Shown piece after piece: positions 1 through 6,665 of a stretch of DNA of 14,124 nt. How positions within the stretch are numbered: position 1 is the first letter of the stretch; each line of letters starts with the position of its first letter. The stretch spans positions 1 to 14,124 of the forward strand of contig JAVYME010000029.1 in NCBI GenBank assembly GCA_038736825.1, written 5' to 3'. The notes beneath the pieces were generated by a model. That model did no database searches. It saw nothing but the letters and a program-made list of their open reading frames with translations, and was not told the origin of the DNA. The position numbers were made by a program, and so were the translations under genes. Source of the stretch: Candidatus Iainarchaeum sp. (GTDB lineage Archaea > Iainarchaeota > Iainarchaeia > Iainarchaeales > DTGL01).

Positions 1-950
1 GCAAGGCACATTCCCTTTTCAAGCTTCCAAGTGCTTTTAGCACTTATTCCCCTGGGAAAATCGTGGTCTTGCAATCCTATTCCGTGGCCTAAAGCGTGCA
101 CCATTTTAAAGTTTTGTTTTGCGAGCACGGATTCAACTGCATTGAACAGCATTGAAGCCTTTGCTCCAAGCACTGCTTTTTTTTCTGCTTCCTTTTTTGC
201 GTTAAAGGTTAGCTCGTAAAGGGTTTTTTGTTTTTCTGAAGCCCGCCCTACAAAAAAGGTTCGGCTCAGGTCTGCGCAATAGTTTTCAAATCTTGCTCCG
301 CAGTCAACTATCAGAAAGCCTTTGCTGATTTTTTTTTCTGTTGGAATGTAGTGGGGTATTCTTGCGTTTTTTCCTGATGCGGTTATGGGCGGGAAAGCGG
401 TTGTGTCTGCTCCGTTTTCAAGCATTTCTATTTCGATTCTTTTTGCAAGGTTTTTTTCGCTTGTTCCTTTTTTTACAAGCAATGGTATTTTTTCTAGGGC
501 GCGCTCTGTGATTTTCACTGCGCTGGCGATTTTTCTTTTTTCGCTTTCGGTTTTTGTTTCTCTCAGTTTTTCAAGTTGTTTTGAAATGTTTACAAGCTGT
601 TTTCCTTTCATTATTGCTTTCAGTCTTGCAAGGCTTGCCGGGGAGAACTCTTGAAAGTTTATTCCGATTTTTTTTTCTGGTAGTGTTTTGAGGATTGTTT
701 CAATGAATTGTTTTTTGTTGTTTGCTGTTTTTTCAATGAATTCTTTTCTGTTTTCCAGTAATCCTTGGCTGAGGGTTGTGGTTATTATGGTGGGTTTTTT
801 GCCTTTTGCGAGCGCAAGCGCGCTGTCTTCGAACTGTTTTAATGGCAGTCCTGTGAAATATGAAAAATATGGCTGGCTTGGGTTGTGGTTGAAAAACAGT
901 GCTTGTTGCGCTGTGGTTGAATCAAACAATTCCTTTATTTTTTCTTTCAT
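1..950 (-). CDS. M24 family Xaa-Pro aminopeptidase/prolidase-like peptidase. It is 5'-complete and its C-terminus runs off the left edge of the window.
   Basis: It is missing from the ORF track because there is no stop codon in the window. Reverse-strand translation from the ATG at 950-948 gives MKEKIKELFDSTTAQQALFF... It continues with KGFLIVDCGARFENYCADLSRTFFVG (the D..G..Y..D.sRT metal-ligand block), then HALGHGIGLQDHDFP and EKGMCLA, which are typical pita-bread fold M24B blocks. The + strand ORFs here (31..219, 385..654, 688..1047) are F/S/L-rich antisense shadows. Confidence 0.85.
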   Translation of the reverse strand, partial: MKEKIKELFDSTTAQQALFFNHNPSQPYFSYFTGLPLKQFEDSALALAKGKKPTIITTTLSQGLLENRKEFIEKTANNKKQFIETILKTLPEKKIGINFQEFSPASLARLKAIMKGKQLVNISKQLEKLRETKTESEKRKIASAVKITERALEKIPLLVKKGTSEKNLAKRIEIEMLENGADTTAFPPITASGKNARIPHYIPTEKKISKGFLIVDCGARFENYCADLSRTFFVGRASEKQKTLYELTFNAKKEAEKKAVLGAKASMLFNAVESVLAKQNFKMVHALGHGIGLQDHDFPRGISAKSTWKLEKGMCL

Positions 951-983
951 TTTGTGGTTTCACGCTGCCAGTTTTTTCTCTTT

Positions 984-2762
984 TTATACTGTGAACTTTC
1001 CTTTGCGTATTATCCAGTGTTTTTTTCCTTTTTTGTCCAATCCATAAATGTCCAGTTTTTGCCTTGGCGAGTTTATGACGAAATCCCAGTGGTATAGGGT
1101 TTGCCTGTCTGGTTCGAACCCTGAACCCAAGGCAATGTGTATCATTTTTGCGATTTTTTCGTTTTCTATCAAGTAATTGCTGAGCCTTGCTTTTGGGTTT
1201 GTGTTGATTGCGAATTCGCCCACTCTGTCAAGGTTTTCCTTGTATTGTTTTATTATTGGGGCTGGAAGCGACTTGTTTTTTTCGTATTCTTTTATTAGTT
1301 TTTTTGCATCGCTTAATTCTTTTTCCATTTTCTTTTTTATTGCGGGTGGTGCTCTGGCAAGGCGCCAGCGCCCTTTTTTGAATTCCACCACTAGGGGGTT
1401 TTTTGGGTTGAGCACATGGCTTCTGTCCAGGTTTATTACAACGTCTCCGATGGCTGTGCCTTCAATGCTTTCAGGAGTGCAAAAGGCTTCACCGCTGGGA
1501 AAATTTGCAAACATTCCTGAAAAAAGGCCTTCTTCTTTTAGGATTTCCCTGTTGAGTTTTTTTGTGGCATCTGCATCGCTTGTTGTCACTTTTCTTCTTT
1601 TTTTGCCTTTTGTTAAGAGGATTTCTAGGTTTGTAAAGCCCTTGCTTTGCACTATTATTTTTTCGCTTTTGCTCATTTGTTTTTTGATTGCAAGGGTTAA
1701 AGCCCTCATTTCATTGTAGTTTATGTTGCAAGTGCGGACAAAGTTTTCTATTGGAAGGGTTTCTGTTATTCCAATCCTTGTTTTCGGCATTCGCTTGTCG
1801 GTTTTTGTCTGGGGATGCCATGCTGGCTTTAAGAACATTGAGCTTGGATTAGTCCACCTTGTTTTTCGGTTTGGCGAGGGATAGCCAATGGTTGTTCCAA
1901 AAATGTGCTTTCCACTGTATCCTTTTCCGATTATGGAAAAGGCAGCGTCAGCGTTCTCCCATTCTTTTGCTCCAATTTTTGATGAAAGAATTGAATATTT
2001 TTGGAATACTTTTTCTTTTACTTTTTTGTCGTGCTCGCAGCCTGAAATGATTGATTTTAATTCTGAAATGCGGTTCATTGGCTCCACTTTGGATTTCCTG
2101 TTTGTGCTTGAACCCATTGAAACGCTGGCGCCTCTTTTTTTTGCCTCTTCAGCCATTGCCAGCGCTATTGCAAAATTGTCCAGGTAGTCTTCAAAAGGCA
2201 ATTCCCTTTCTGTTTTTTTTGGCATTATTTCAAACCCGATTGAAAAACGTTCCCTTTTTTTCAATGCAAATCCGTCCACTATGATTCTTTTCGCTGTTTC
2301 CCTCAAACCTTTTTTGCATCTTTCCTTGAACCATTTTTCCCTGAAAGGCAAAAACCAAGCGCCCTTGCTTGTTTCAACAAAAAAACAGTGCTGGCATGCG
2401 CTTATAACGGCTTCAGGGGGGCTAAGTGCTTTTTTGATTTTGCCTTTGCCGGCTTTTTTTTCTGCTTCTAATATGAAGGCTTCAAGTGCGCTGGATGCAG
2501 GGCTTTTCACTCCTTTCTCTAAATCCAGAAAGGCTTTCCAGGCATTGCACAATATTTCAAGGTTTTTGCTTTTGCCTTCGTGGAGTGAAACATTCAAGTC
2601 TGCGTTGAGCTCGTGCAATGCTTGCGTTAGCGGTGCAAGCGAATAATAGGCTTTTTTGTTATTCCAATTGAATTCAATTAAAACTGTTTTTTTTGAAAGG
2701 GATTGAAGGCATTGCCTGTATTTCGCTGTTGCTGTCGCGTAATATTTCAAATCGTATTTCAT
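984..2762 (-). CDS. M29 (AmpS/aminopeptidase T-like, COG2309) aminopeptidase with an extra N-terminal region of about 150 aa.
   Basis: The C-terminal half carries M29-like blocks: NFPSGEAFCTPESIEGTAIGDVVINLD, VGEFAINTNPKARLSNYLIENEKIAKMIHIALGSGF and LYHWDFVI. The core starts near RIIVDGFALKKRERFSIGFEI...ALAMAEEAKKRGASVSM. I place the start at ATG 2762 (MKYDL...) rather than the track's GTG 2771, because GGTGA lies 5 nt upstream of the ATG and the GTG is part of that Shine-Dalgarno sequence. Confidence 0.75.
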   Translation of the reverse strand: MKYDLKYYATATAKYRQCLQSLSKKTVLIEFNWNNKKAYYSLAPLTQALHELNADLNVSLHEGKSKNLEILCNAWKAFLDLEKGVKSPASSALEAFILEAEKKAGKGKIKKALSPPEAVISACQHCFFVETSKGAWFLPFREKWFKERCKKGLRETAKRIIVDGFALKKRERFSIGFEIMPKKTERELPFEDYLDNFAIALAMAEEAKKRGASVSMGSSTNRKSKVEPMNRISELKSIISGCEHDKKVKEKVFQKYSILSSKIGAKEWENADAAFSIIGKGYSGKHIFGTTIGYPSPNRKTRWTNPSSMFLKPAWHPQTKTDKRMPKTRIGITETLPIENFVRTCNINYNEMRALTLAIKKQMSKSEKIIVQSKGFTNLEILLTKGKKRRKVTTSDADATKKLNREILKEEGLFSGMFANFPSGEAFCTPESIEGTAIGDVVINLDRSHVLNPKNPLVVEFKKGRWRLARAPPAIKKKMEKELSDAKKLIKEYEKNKSLPAPIIKQYKENLDRVGEFAINTNPKARLSNYLIENEKIAKMIHIALGSGFEPDRQTLYHWDFVINSPRQKLDIYGLDKKGKKHWIIRKGKFTV

Positions 2763-2788
2763 TCGGTTCACCTTTCACATAGAAGGCA

Positions 2789-2953
2789 TTATTTTTTCTT
2801 TATCATTGGAAGGCCTGTGCGCTGGTTTTCAACCACAGTCATTCCAGGCGGCAGGTCTATTGCGTTTTTTGGATCACTGCTGAAATACATGAGTTTTCCG
2901 TTTTGGTGCAAATAGTATTTTTTTCCTTTTGAATTAGTGTGCTCATAAACCAT
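2789..2953 (-). CDS. Small basic hypothetical protein (54 aa) at the head of the peptidase operon.
   Basis: It is below the ORF-track size cutoff. Hand translation gives MVYEHTNSKGKKYYLHQNGKLMYFSSDPKNAIDLPPGMTVVENQRTGLPMIKKK, then TAA at 2791-2789. GGGGTG lies 6 nt upstream of the ATG at 2953. It ends 26 nt before the M29 start, on the same strand. The + strand ORF 2703..2915 looks like an antisense shadow. Confidence 0.5.
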   Translation of the reverse strand: MVYEHTNSKGKKYYLHQNGKLMYFSSDPKNAIDLPPGMTVVENQRTGLPMIKKK

Positions 2954-3057
2954 TGGCAACACCCCGAATCTTTCAATACTATGAATATTGGTTTGGTGTT
3001 AATAAGGCTTTTGGTTTGTTTTCGGGTTTAAAAACCTTTCACGCACTCAATGTTTTA

Positions 3058-4131
3058 ATGAAAAAAAGAGAGTTGTTGCATAAGTTCAGGGAATTCCTTT
3101 TGTCTGCAGGCAAAACCGAGCGAATTGCAATTGTCCACCACCGTGACACTGACGGGCTTTGCGCTGGAATTGTTTTTTCAAAGGCATTGGAAAAGCTTCG
3201 CGGGCGCGGGACTGATTTTGTCTTAAGCACTGAATATTTTGAGTTCGGGGAAGTGCTTGCAGGGCTTAAATCAATAAAGCCTGACAAAATTGTTTGCCTT
3301 GATCTTTCCATAGACCAGCGCCCAAAGGAAGTGAAGGCACTGGAAAAAATCGCTCCATTGCTAATAATTGACCACCACAAGCAATACCGGGACTGCAATT
3401 CCAAGCGCACGCTTTTCATAAAAGCGGAAATGGTGAAACGGATTGATGGCAGCAAGTATCCTGCCTCAAAGCTTGCATTCGATCTTTGTTCAACCCTAGT
3501 TGGCTTAAAGGAAGAGCAATGGATTGCCTGCATTGGAATTTTGGGCGACATGGGTTACAAAAACTGGAAGGGTTTTTTTAAAAAAGCAATAAGGGAAAAC
3601 AGGGTTTCCTTGAAACAGCTGGTTTCACTTGAAGAGCTAGTGAGTTCAGTGGAAACAATTGATTCAAGAAAATTTTCAGAATTGTTTTGGGAGTTTCATT
3701 CAAAAAAACCAAGGGAACTCCTCAAAAGCCCTTTTAACAAGTACAAAAAACTTTTGAAGAAAGAACTGGCGAAATGGCAAAAGGACTTTAAAAAAAACGC
3801 AGAGTTTTATGAAAAAGAGCAATTGATTTTTTATTTTTTCAAGCCAGAAATTGAAATAAAATCTGCTTTGATTGACTCTCTCACTCTCAAATACCCAGAC
3901 AAAACCTTGATTGTTGTCCAAGATTCAGGGGAAAACAATTTGCGCTTTTCAGCGCGAAGGCAGGATTTCAAGGAAAAAATGAACGCTCTTTTAGAGAAAG
4001 CAACCAAGGGCATTCCAGGCGCAAGCGGTGGAGGGCATGTGCCAGCGGCTGCTGGAAGCGTGCCAAGGGAAAAACTCCAGGTTTTTAAGGAAAACGTTCT
4101 CAAAATTTTAAGAGCAAAACAAAAAAAGTGA
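3058..4131 (+). CDS. DHH/DHHA1 family phosphoesterase (NrnA/RecJ-like nanoRNase or pAp phosphatase type).
   Basis: DHH motifs are present: IVHHRDTDGLCAG (DxD), LLIIDHHK (DHH) and the DHHA1 motif GASGGGHVPAAAG. I use ATG 3058 (MKKRELL...) instead of the track's TTG 2953. The 35-codon extension overlaps the divergent promoter, and a TTTAAAAA box at 3028-3035 sits about 25 nt upstream of ATG 3058. Confidence 0.85.
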   Translation: MKKRELLHKFREFLLSAGKTERIAIVHHRDTDGLCAGIVFSKALEKLRGRGTDFVLSTEYFEFGEVLAGLKSIKPDKIVCLDLSIDQRPKEVKALEKIAPLLIIDHHKQYRDCNSKRTLFIKAEMVKRIDGSKYPASKLAFDLCSTLVGLKEEQWIACIGILGDMGYKNWKGFFKKAIRENRVSLKQLVSLEELVSSVETIDSRKFSELFWEFHSKKPRELLKSPFNKYKKLLKKELAKWQKDFKKNAEFYEKEQLIFYFFKPEIEIKSALIDSLTLKYPDKTLIVVQDSGENNLRFSARRQDFKEKMNALLEKATKGIPGASGGGHVPAAAGSVPREKLQVFKENVLKILRAKQKK

Positions 4132-4135
4132 TTTT

Positions 4136-4684
4136 ATGGCTATTTTGAGCGATTCAGACATCAAAAAGGCTTTAAGGGAAGGCAGGCTCAAGATTTCCAA
4201 TCTTGTGCCGGAAAACATTTCAGTTGCCTCTGTTGACTTGAGATTGGGCAACGAGTTCAGGGTTTTCAGGCACACAGAAGTAACCCATGTTGATGCAAAG
4301 GAAGGGCTTGCTGAAGAGTTCACAGAACTAATAAGAGTTCCCACTGGAAAGCCTTTCACTGTCCACCCCGGAGAATTTGTTTTGGGAAGCACTATTGAAA
4401 GCGTTTGCCTTCCAGCAGACCTCACTGCTCGCTTGGATGGAAAATCCAGCCTTGGAAGGCTTGGCTTGGTAATCCATTCAACCGCTGGCTCTGTTGATCC
4501 AGGCTTTGAAGGCGTTTTAGTGCTAGAAATAGCGAACATTTCCAAGGTTCCAGTCAGGATTTGGCCTGGAATGGAAATTTGTCGCCTGACATTTGAAGAG
4601 CTTTCCTCTCCAAGCGAAAACCCTTACAATAAAAGGAAAAACAGCAGGTTTTTAGGGCAAAAAGGGCCTTGCCTTGGAAAATAG
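4136..4684 (+). CDS. dcd: dCTP deaminase (possibly the bifunctional dCTP deaminase/dUTPase type).
   Basis: MAILSDSDIKKALREGRLKI..., VDLRLGNEF, GEFVLGST.E and LDGKSSLGRLGL are characteristic Dcd/dUTPase-superfamily blocks. It starts 4 nt after the DHH stop codon. Confidence 0.9.
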   Translation: MAILSDSDIKKALREGRLKISNLVPENISVASVDLRLGNEFRVFRHTEVTHVDAKEGLAEEFTELIRVPTGKPFTVHPGEFVLGSTIESVCLPADLTARLDGKSSLGRLGLVIHSTAGSVDPGFEGVLVLEIANISKVPVRIWPGMEICRLTFEELSSPSENPYNKRKNSRFLGQKGPCLGK

Positions 4685-4722
4685 GCTTTTCACTTCTAGT
4701 TAGCGCTAAAATGTTGCATTAA

Positions 4723-4746
4723 TTTTTTTAAAGAATCTTTTTTTTT
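4723..4746 (+). terminator. Oligo-T tracts (T7 at 4723-4729, T9 at 4738-4746) downstream of dcd. This is a candidate archaeal intrinsic terminator.
   Basis: Archaeal RNA polymerase terminates at oligo-T runs. Both runs lie in the 71-nt convergent spacer, 39-62 nt after the dcd stop codon. Confidence 0.5.
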
Positions 4747-4755
4747 GCTAGAAAA

Positions 4756-5004
4756 TCAGTCTTCGTCTTCTTCGTCTTCCATTTCTTCAATGAATTCTTC
4801 CCTGCATTCTTCGCAGCAAAAATACCTTATTTTGCCTTTTAGTTTTTTTTTCACAGCGGTTTCTTTTTCTATTTCTTCGCCGCAGTTGGCGCATTCTGTG
4901 GTGTCTCCGCGGTCGTATCCTTCAAGGAATCCGGCTTCAGCTGGGCTTATTTCATCGTCTTCCTCTTCAGTGTCTTCTTCTTCGAAATCATCGTCTGGCG
5001 CCAC
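4756..5004 (-). CDS. Hyper-acidic TRASH/FCS-type zinc-ribbon miniprotein (82 aa).
   Basis: The cysteine spacing is C38-x2-C41-x21-C63-x3-C67 (ECANCG...IRYFCCEECREEF), which fits the TRASH consensus C-x2-C-x19-22-C-x3-C. 35 of 82 residues are D/E, concentrated in both tails. GTG is the only possible start because an in-frame TAA lies at 5025-5023. GGGGG lies 8 nt upstream of that start. Confidence 0.7.
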   Translation of the reverse strand: MAPDDDFEEEDTEEEDDEISPAEAGFLEGYDRGDTTECANCGEEIEKETAVKKKLKGKIRYFCCEECREEFIEEMEDEEDED

Positions 5005-5223
5005 AAAAAAAGCCCCCTTTTTTTAGTGTTTGCAATAATAAAAAACTCCATGCTTAGGGTTTAAAAAAATTTGGGTTTGTTCTTTGCAATCAACAAAAGC
5101 TTTGGTGGCGTTTTACTGGAAGGTATTTTTTGGTGGTTGGCTGGATTCCTTGAACTTCAAAGAATTTGCATTCCAGCAAAAAAACAAGCTGGCAAGGCTT
5201 AAAAAAAGGAAAAATCCCAATTT

Positions 5224-5268
5224 AAATCGTTTTTTTATAAAACGATATGTTTATAAAATCGTTTTTTT
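5224..5268 (+). promoter_or_regulatory. Promoter/operator of the ATPase gene, built from duplicated TATA boxes embedded in a repeat and dyad structure.
   Basis: TTTATAAAA occurs at 5234-5242 and again at 5250-5258. The second copy is 24-32 nt upstream of ATG 5282, and no Shine-Dalgarno sequence is present, which suggests a leaderless mRNA. The 13-mer AAATCGTTTTTTT is a direct repeat at 5224-5236 and 5256-5268. ATCGTTTT (5226-5233) and AAAACGAT (5239-5246) form an inverted repeat. Confidence 0.55.
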
Positions 5269-5281
5269 TAAAAACAGTTGT

Positions 5282-6550
5282 ATGGCTGTATTGGATGTGC
5301 GTGTTGCTTTGGATGAATGGGCTTTGATTGCCGCCAATCGGGCTTTGAAGCCAAGGGCTGTCAACTTGGATGGCTTAATCGGCTTAGCTGAAAAACGCGT
5401 TGTTTCAATTACTGGAATCAGGCGGTGCGGCAAGAGTTCTGTGCTAATGCTTTTGTATCGCAGGCTGTCTGAATTGGGTTTTAAAGCAGTTTATGTGAAC
5501 CTTGAAGATAACCGCTTTCGCTTTCCGGGCGCCCTTGACGAGGTTTTAAAGCACTCCGGCTCAGCGGAATGGCTTTTGCTTGACGAAATAACCTCTGTGC
5601 CAGGCTGGGAGGGATGGCTTCACAGAGTCAATGAAATGAAGGCAGTCAAAATAATTGTTTCCTCTTCACTTAACAAGCTTTCAAGGTTTCCTCCAAAACC
5701 TTTGAGGGGAAGGCTTTCCTATTCTGAATTATTCCCACTATCTTTTTCAGAATTTCTGGAATTCAAGGGAATAAAGCCCGAGCCTTTTACTTTAAAGGGC
5801 ATTGGAGCAATTGAGTCCGCGCTCGAGGAATTTTTGGTTTTCGGAGGCTTTCCAGAAATAGTTCTCTCCGACCGCAAGGTGGAACTCTTGCAAGAATACT
5901 TGAATTCCATAGTTGCACTTGACATTGCAAGCTTTTCATCCTCCTCGTTTTCGCTTGTTTCTGATTTTTCCGAACTTCTTTTGAGTGCAACAATTTTTTC
6001 AGCAACAAAGGCAGAGAATTCAATGAAGGCAATGGGCCATAAGGTGAGCAAGAGCACTTTGCTGGACTTGGAAAAATTTTTTGAAACCGCGCATCTTGCC
6101 TTTTTTGTCCCGGTTTTTTCGCACAAAATAAAGGACAAAAAATTGTTTCCGAGAAAAATATATTTCGGGGATTCTGGCTTTTATTATGCGGCAAAAGGCA
6201 AAAGAGATTTTGGAAGGCTTTACGAAACAGCGGTTTTTTTGAAGCTCAGGCGTTCCCTGAACCCGCTCGAGCAAATCGCTTACTATAAATCGAAGAACGG
6301 CTTGGAAGTTGATTTTGTTCTAAGACAGGGAACAACTGCAAAAAAACTGATACAGGTTGCATACGAATTGAATGAAAGCATTGAAAGCAGGGAAGCCAAG
6401 GCATTACTCGAGGCTGCCAAAGAGTTTGGCCTCAAAGGAACAAAAAAAGAACTTCTCATTATAACCAAATCAATGGAAGGTCAGGAAAAAAGTGAAGGCA
6501 GAACCATAACTTACCTGCCATTGTGGAAATGGCTTTTGGAATTACATTGA
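5282..6550 (+). CDS. COG1373-type AAA ATPase (AAA_14 N-domain plus DUF4143-like C-domain).
   Basis: It has a Walker A motif GIRRCGKSS and a Walker B motif WLLLDEITSVPGWEGW. It also has IIVSSS, GRLSYSELFPLSFSEFLEF, FLVFGGFPEIV and a C-terminal GLEVDFVL block. I use ATG 5282 (MAVLDVR...) because the in-frame TTG-initiated 66-codon extension (5084-5281) covers the TATA boxes. Confidence 0.8.
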   Translation: MAVLDVRVALDEWALIAANRALKPRAVNLDGLIGLAEKRVVSITGIRRCGKSSVLMLLYRRLSELGFKAVYVNLEDNRFRFPGALDEVLKHSGSAEWLLLDEITSVPGWEGWLHRVNEMKAVKIIVSSSLNKLSRFPPKPLRGRLSYSELFPLSFSEFLEFKGIKPEPFTLKGIGAIESALEEFLVFGGFPEIVLSDRKVELLQEYLNSIVALDIASFSSSSFSLVSDFSELLLSATIFSATKAENSMKAMGHKVSKSTLLDLEKFFETAHLAFFVPVFSHKIKDKKLFPRKIYFGDSGFYYAAKGKRDFGRLYETAVFLKLRRSLNPLEQIAYYKSKNGLEVDFVLRQGTTAKKLIQVAYELNESIESREAKALLEAAKEFGLKGTKKELLIITKSMEGQEKSEGRTITYLPLWKWLLELH

Positions 6551-6665
6551 AACGGGGTTAATTAAGAAGTTTTAAATGCAATACTGGTTCATTGTTTTTG
6601 TTTGCTGGCGTGAAACCGCAAAAGGGCTTTCAAAATGGCAATTTTCTGAAAAGGATTAATTGAAT

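Noticed and set aside
31-2646. A series of + strand ORFs (31..219, 385..654, 688..1047, 1177..1719, 1859..2284, 2281..2646).
   Set aside because: Their translations are F/S/L/C-rich and low in complexity. This is the typical antisense shadow of Lys/Glu-rich genes. The minus strand encodes recognisable M24 and M29 peptidases across the same span.
2703-2915. A 70-aa + strand ORF overlapping the small minus-strand ORF.
   Set aside because: It has no ribosome-binding site or promoter and has an odd composition (FRCCCRVIFQIVFH). It overlaps the M29 start region. The minus-strand 54-aa ORF has a Shine-Dalgarno sequence and operon context.
2953-3057. TTG-initiated 35-codon N-terminal extension of the DHH protein.
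   Set aside because: The extension covers the divergent promoter, including the TTTAAAAA box. It starts at the same nucleotide as the opposite-strand small ORF. ATG 3058 gives a normal DHH N-terminus.
4108-4545. A 145-aa minus-strand ORF antisense to dcd, and the similar antisense ORFs 3039..3551, 3700..3921 and 3831..4103.
   Set aside because: They lie entirely within well-supported + strand genes and have no recognisable motifs or initiation signals.
4756-5004. The idea that the acidic Cys4 miniprotein is an archaeal Dph3/Kti11 analog linked to dph5.
   Set aside because: Size and acidity are superficially similar. However, the Cys spacing is TRASH/FCS rather than the CSL type, and the gene lies about 6 kb and several transcription units away from dph5. 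The sequence does not support the idea.
4745-5026. A 93-aa + strand poly-Ser ORF.
   Set aside because: It is the mirror image of the GAA/GAC-rich acidic gene on the minus strand. The minus-strand frame has an exact TRASH Cys spacing and a Shine-Dalgarno sequence.
5084-5281. In-frame 66-codon upstream extension of the ATPase ORF.
   Set aside because: It uses a TTG start and contains the TATA boxes and repeats. The sequence (..NRFFIKRYVYKIVFFKNSC) is not protein-like. The family N-terminus fits MAVLDVR at 5282.
5282-6550. The idea that the ATPase marks a mobile element or defense island.
   Set aside because: I found no integrase, transposase, flanking terminal inverted or direct repeats, tRNA target, or partner genes. 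It is a single gene, so this remains only a weak possibility and is noted in the findings.
6576-6659. A 27-aa + strand ORF (MQYWFIVFVCWRETAKGLSKWQFSEKD) in the ATPase/porB convergent spacer.
   Set aside because: It has no ribosome-binding site. It sits in a terminator region with oligo-T tracts. It is too short to judge and is probably fortuitous.
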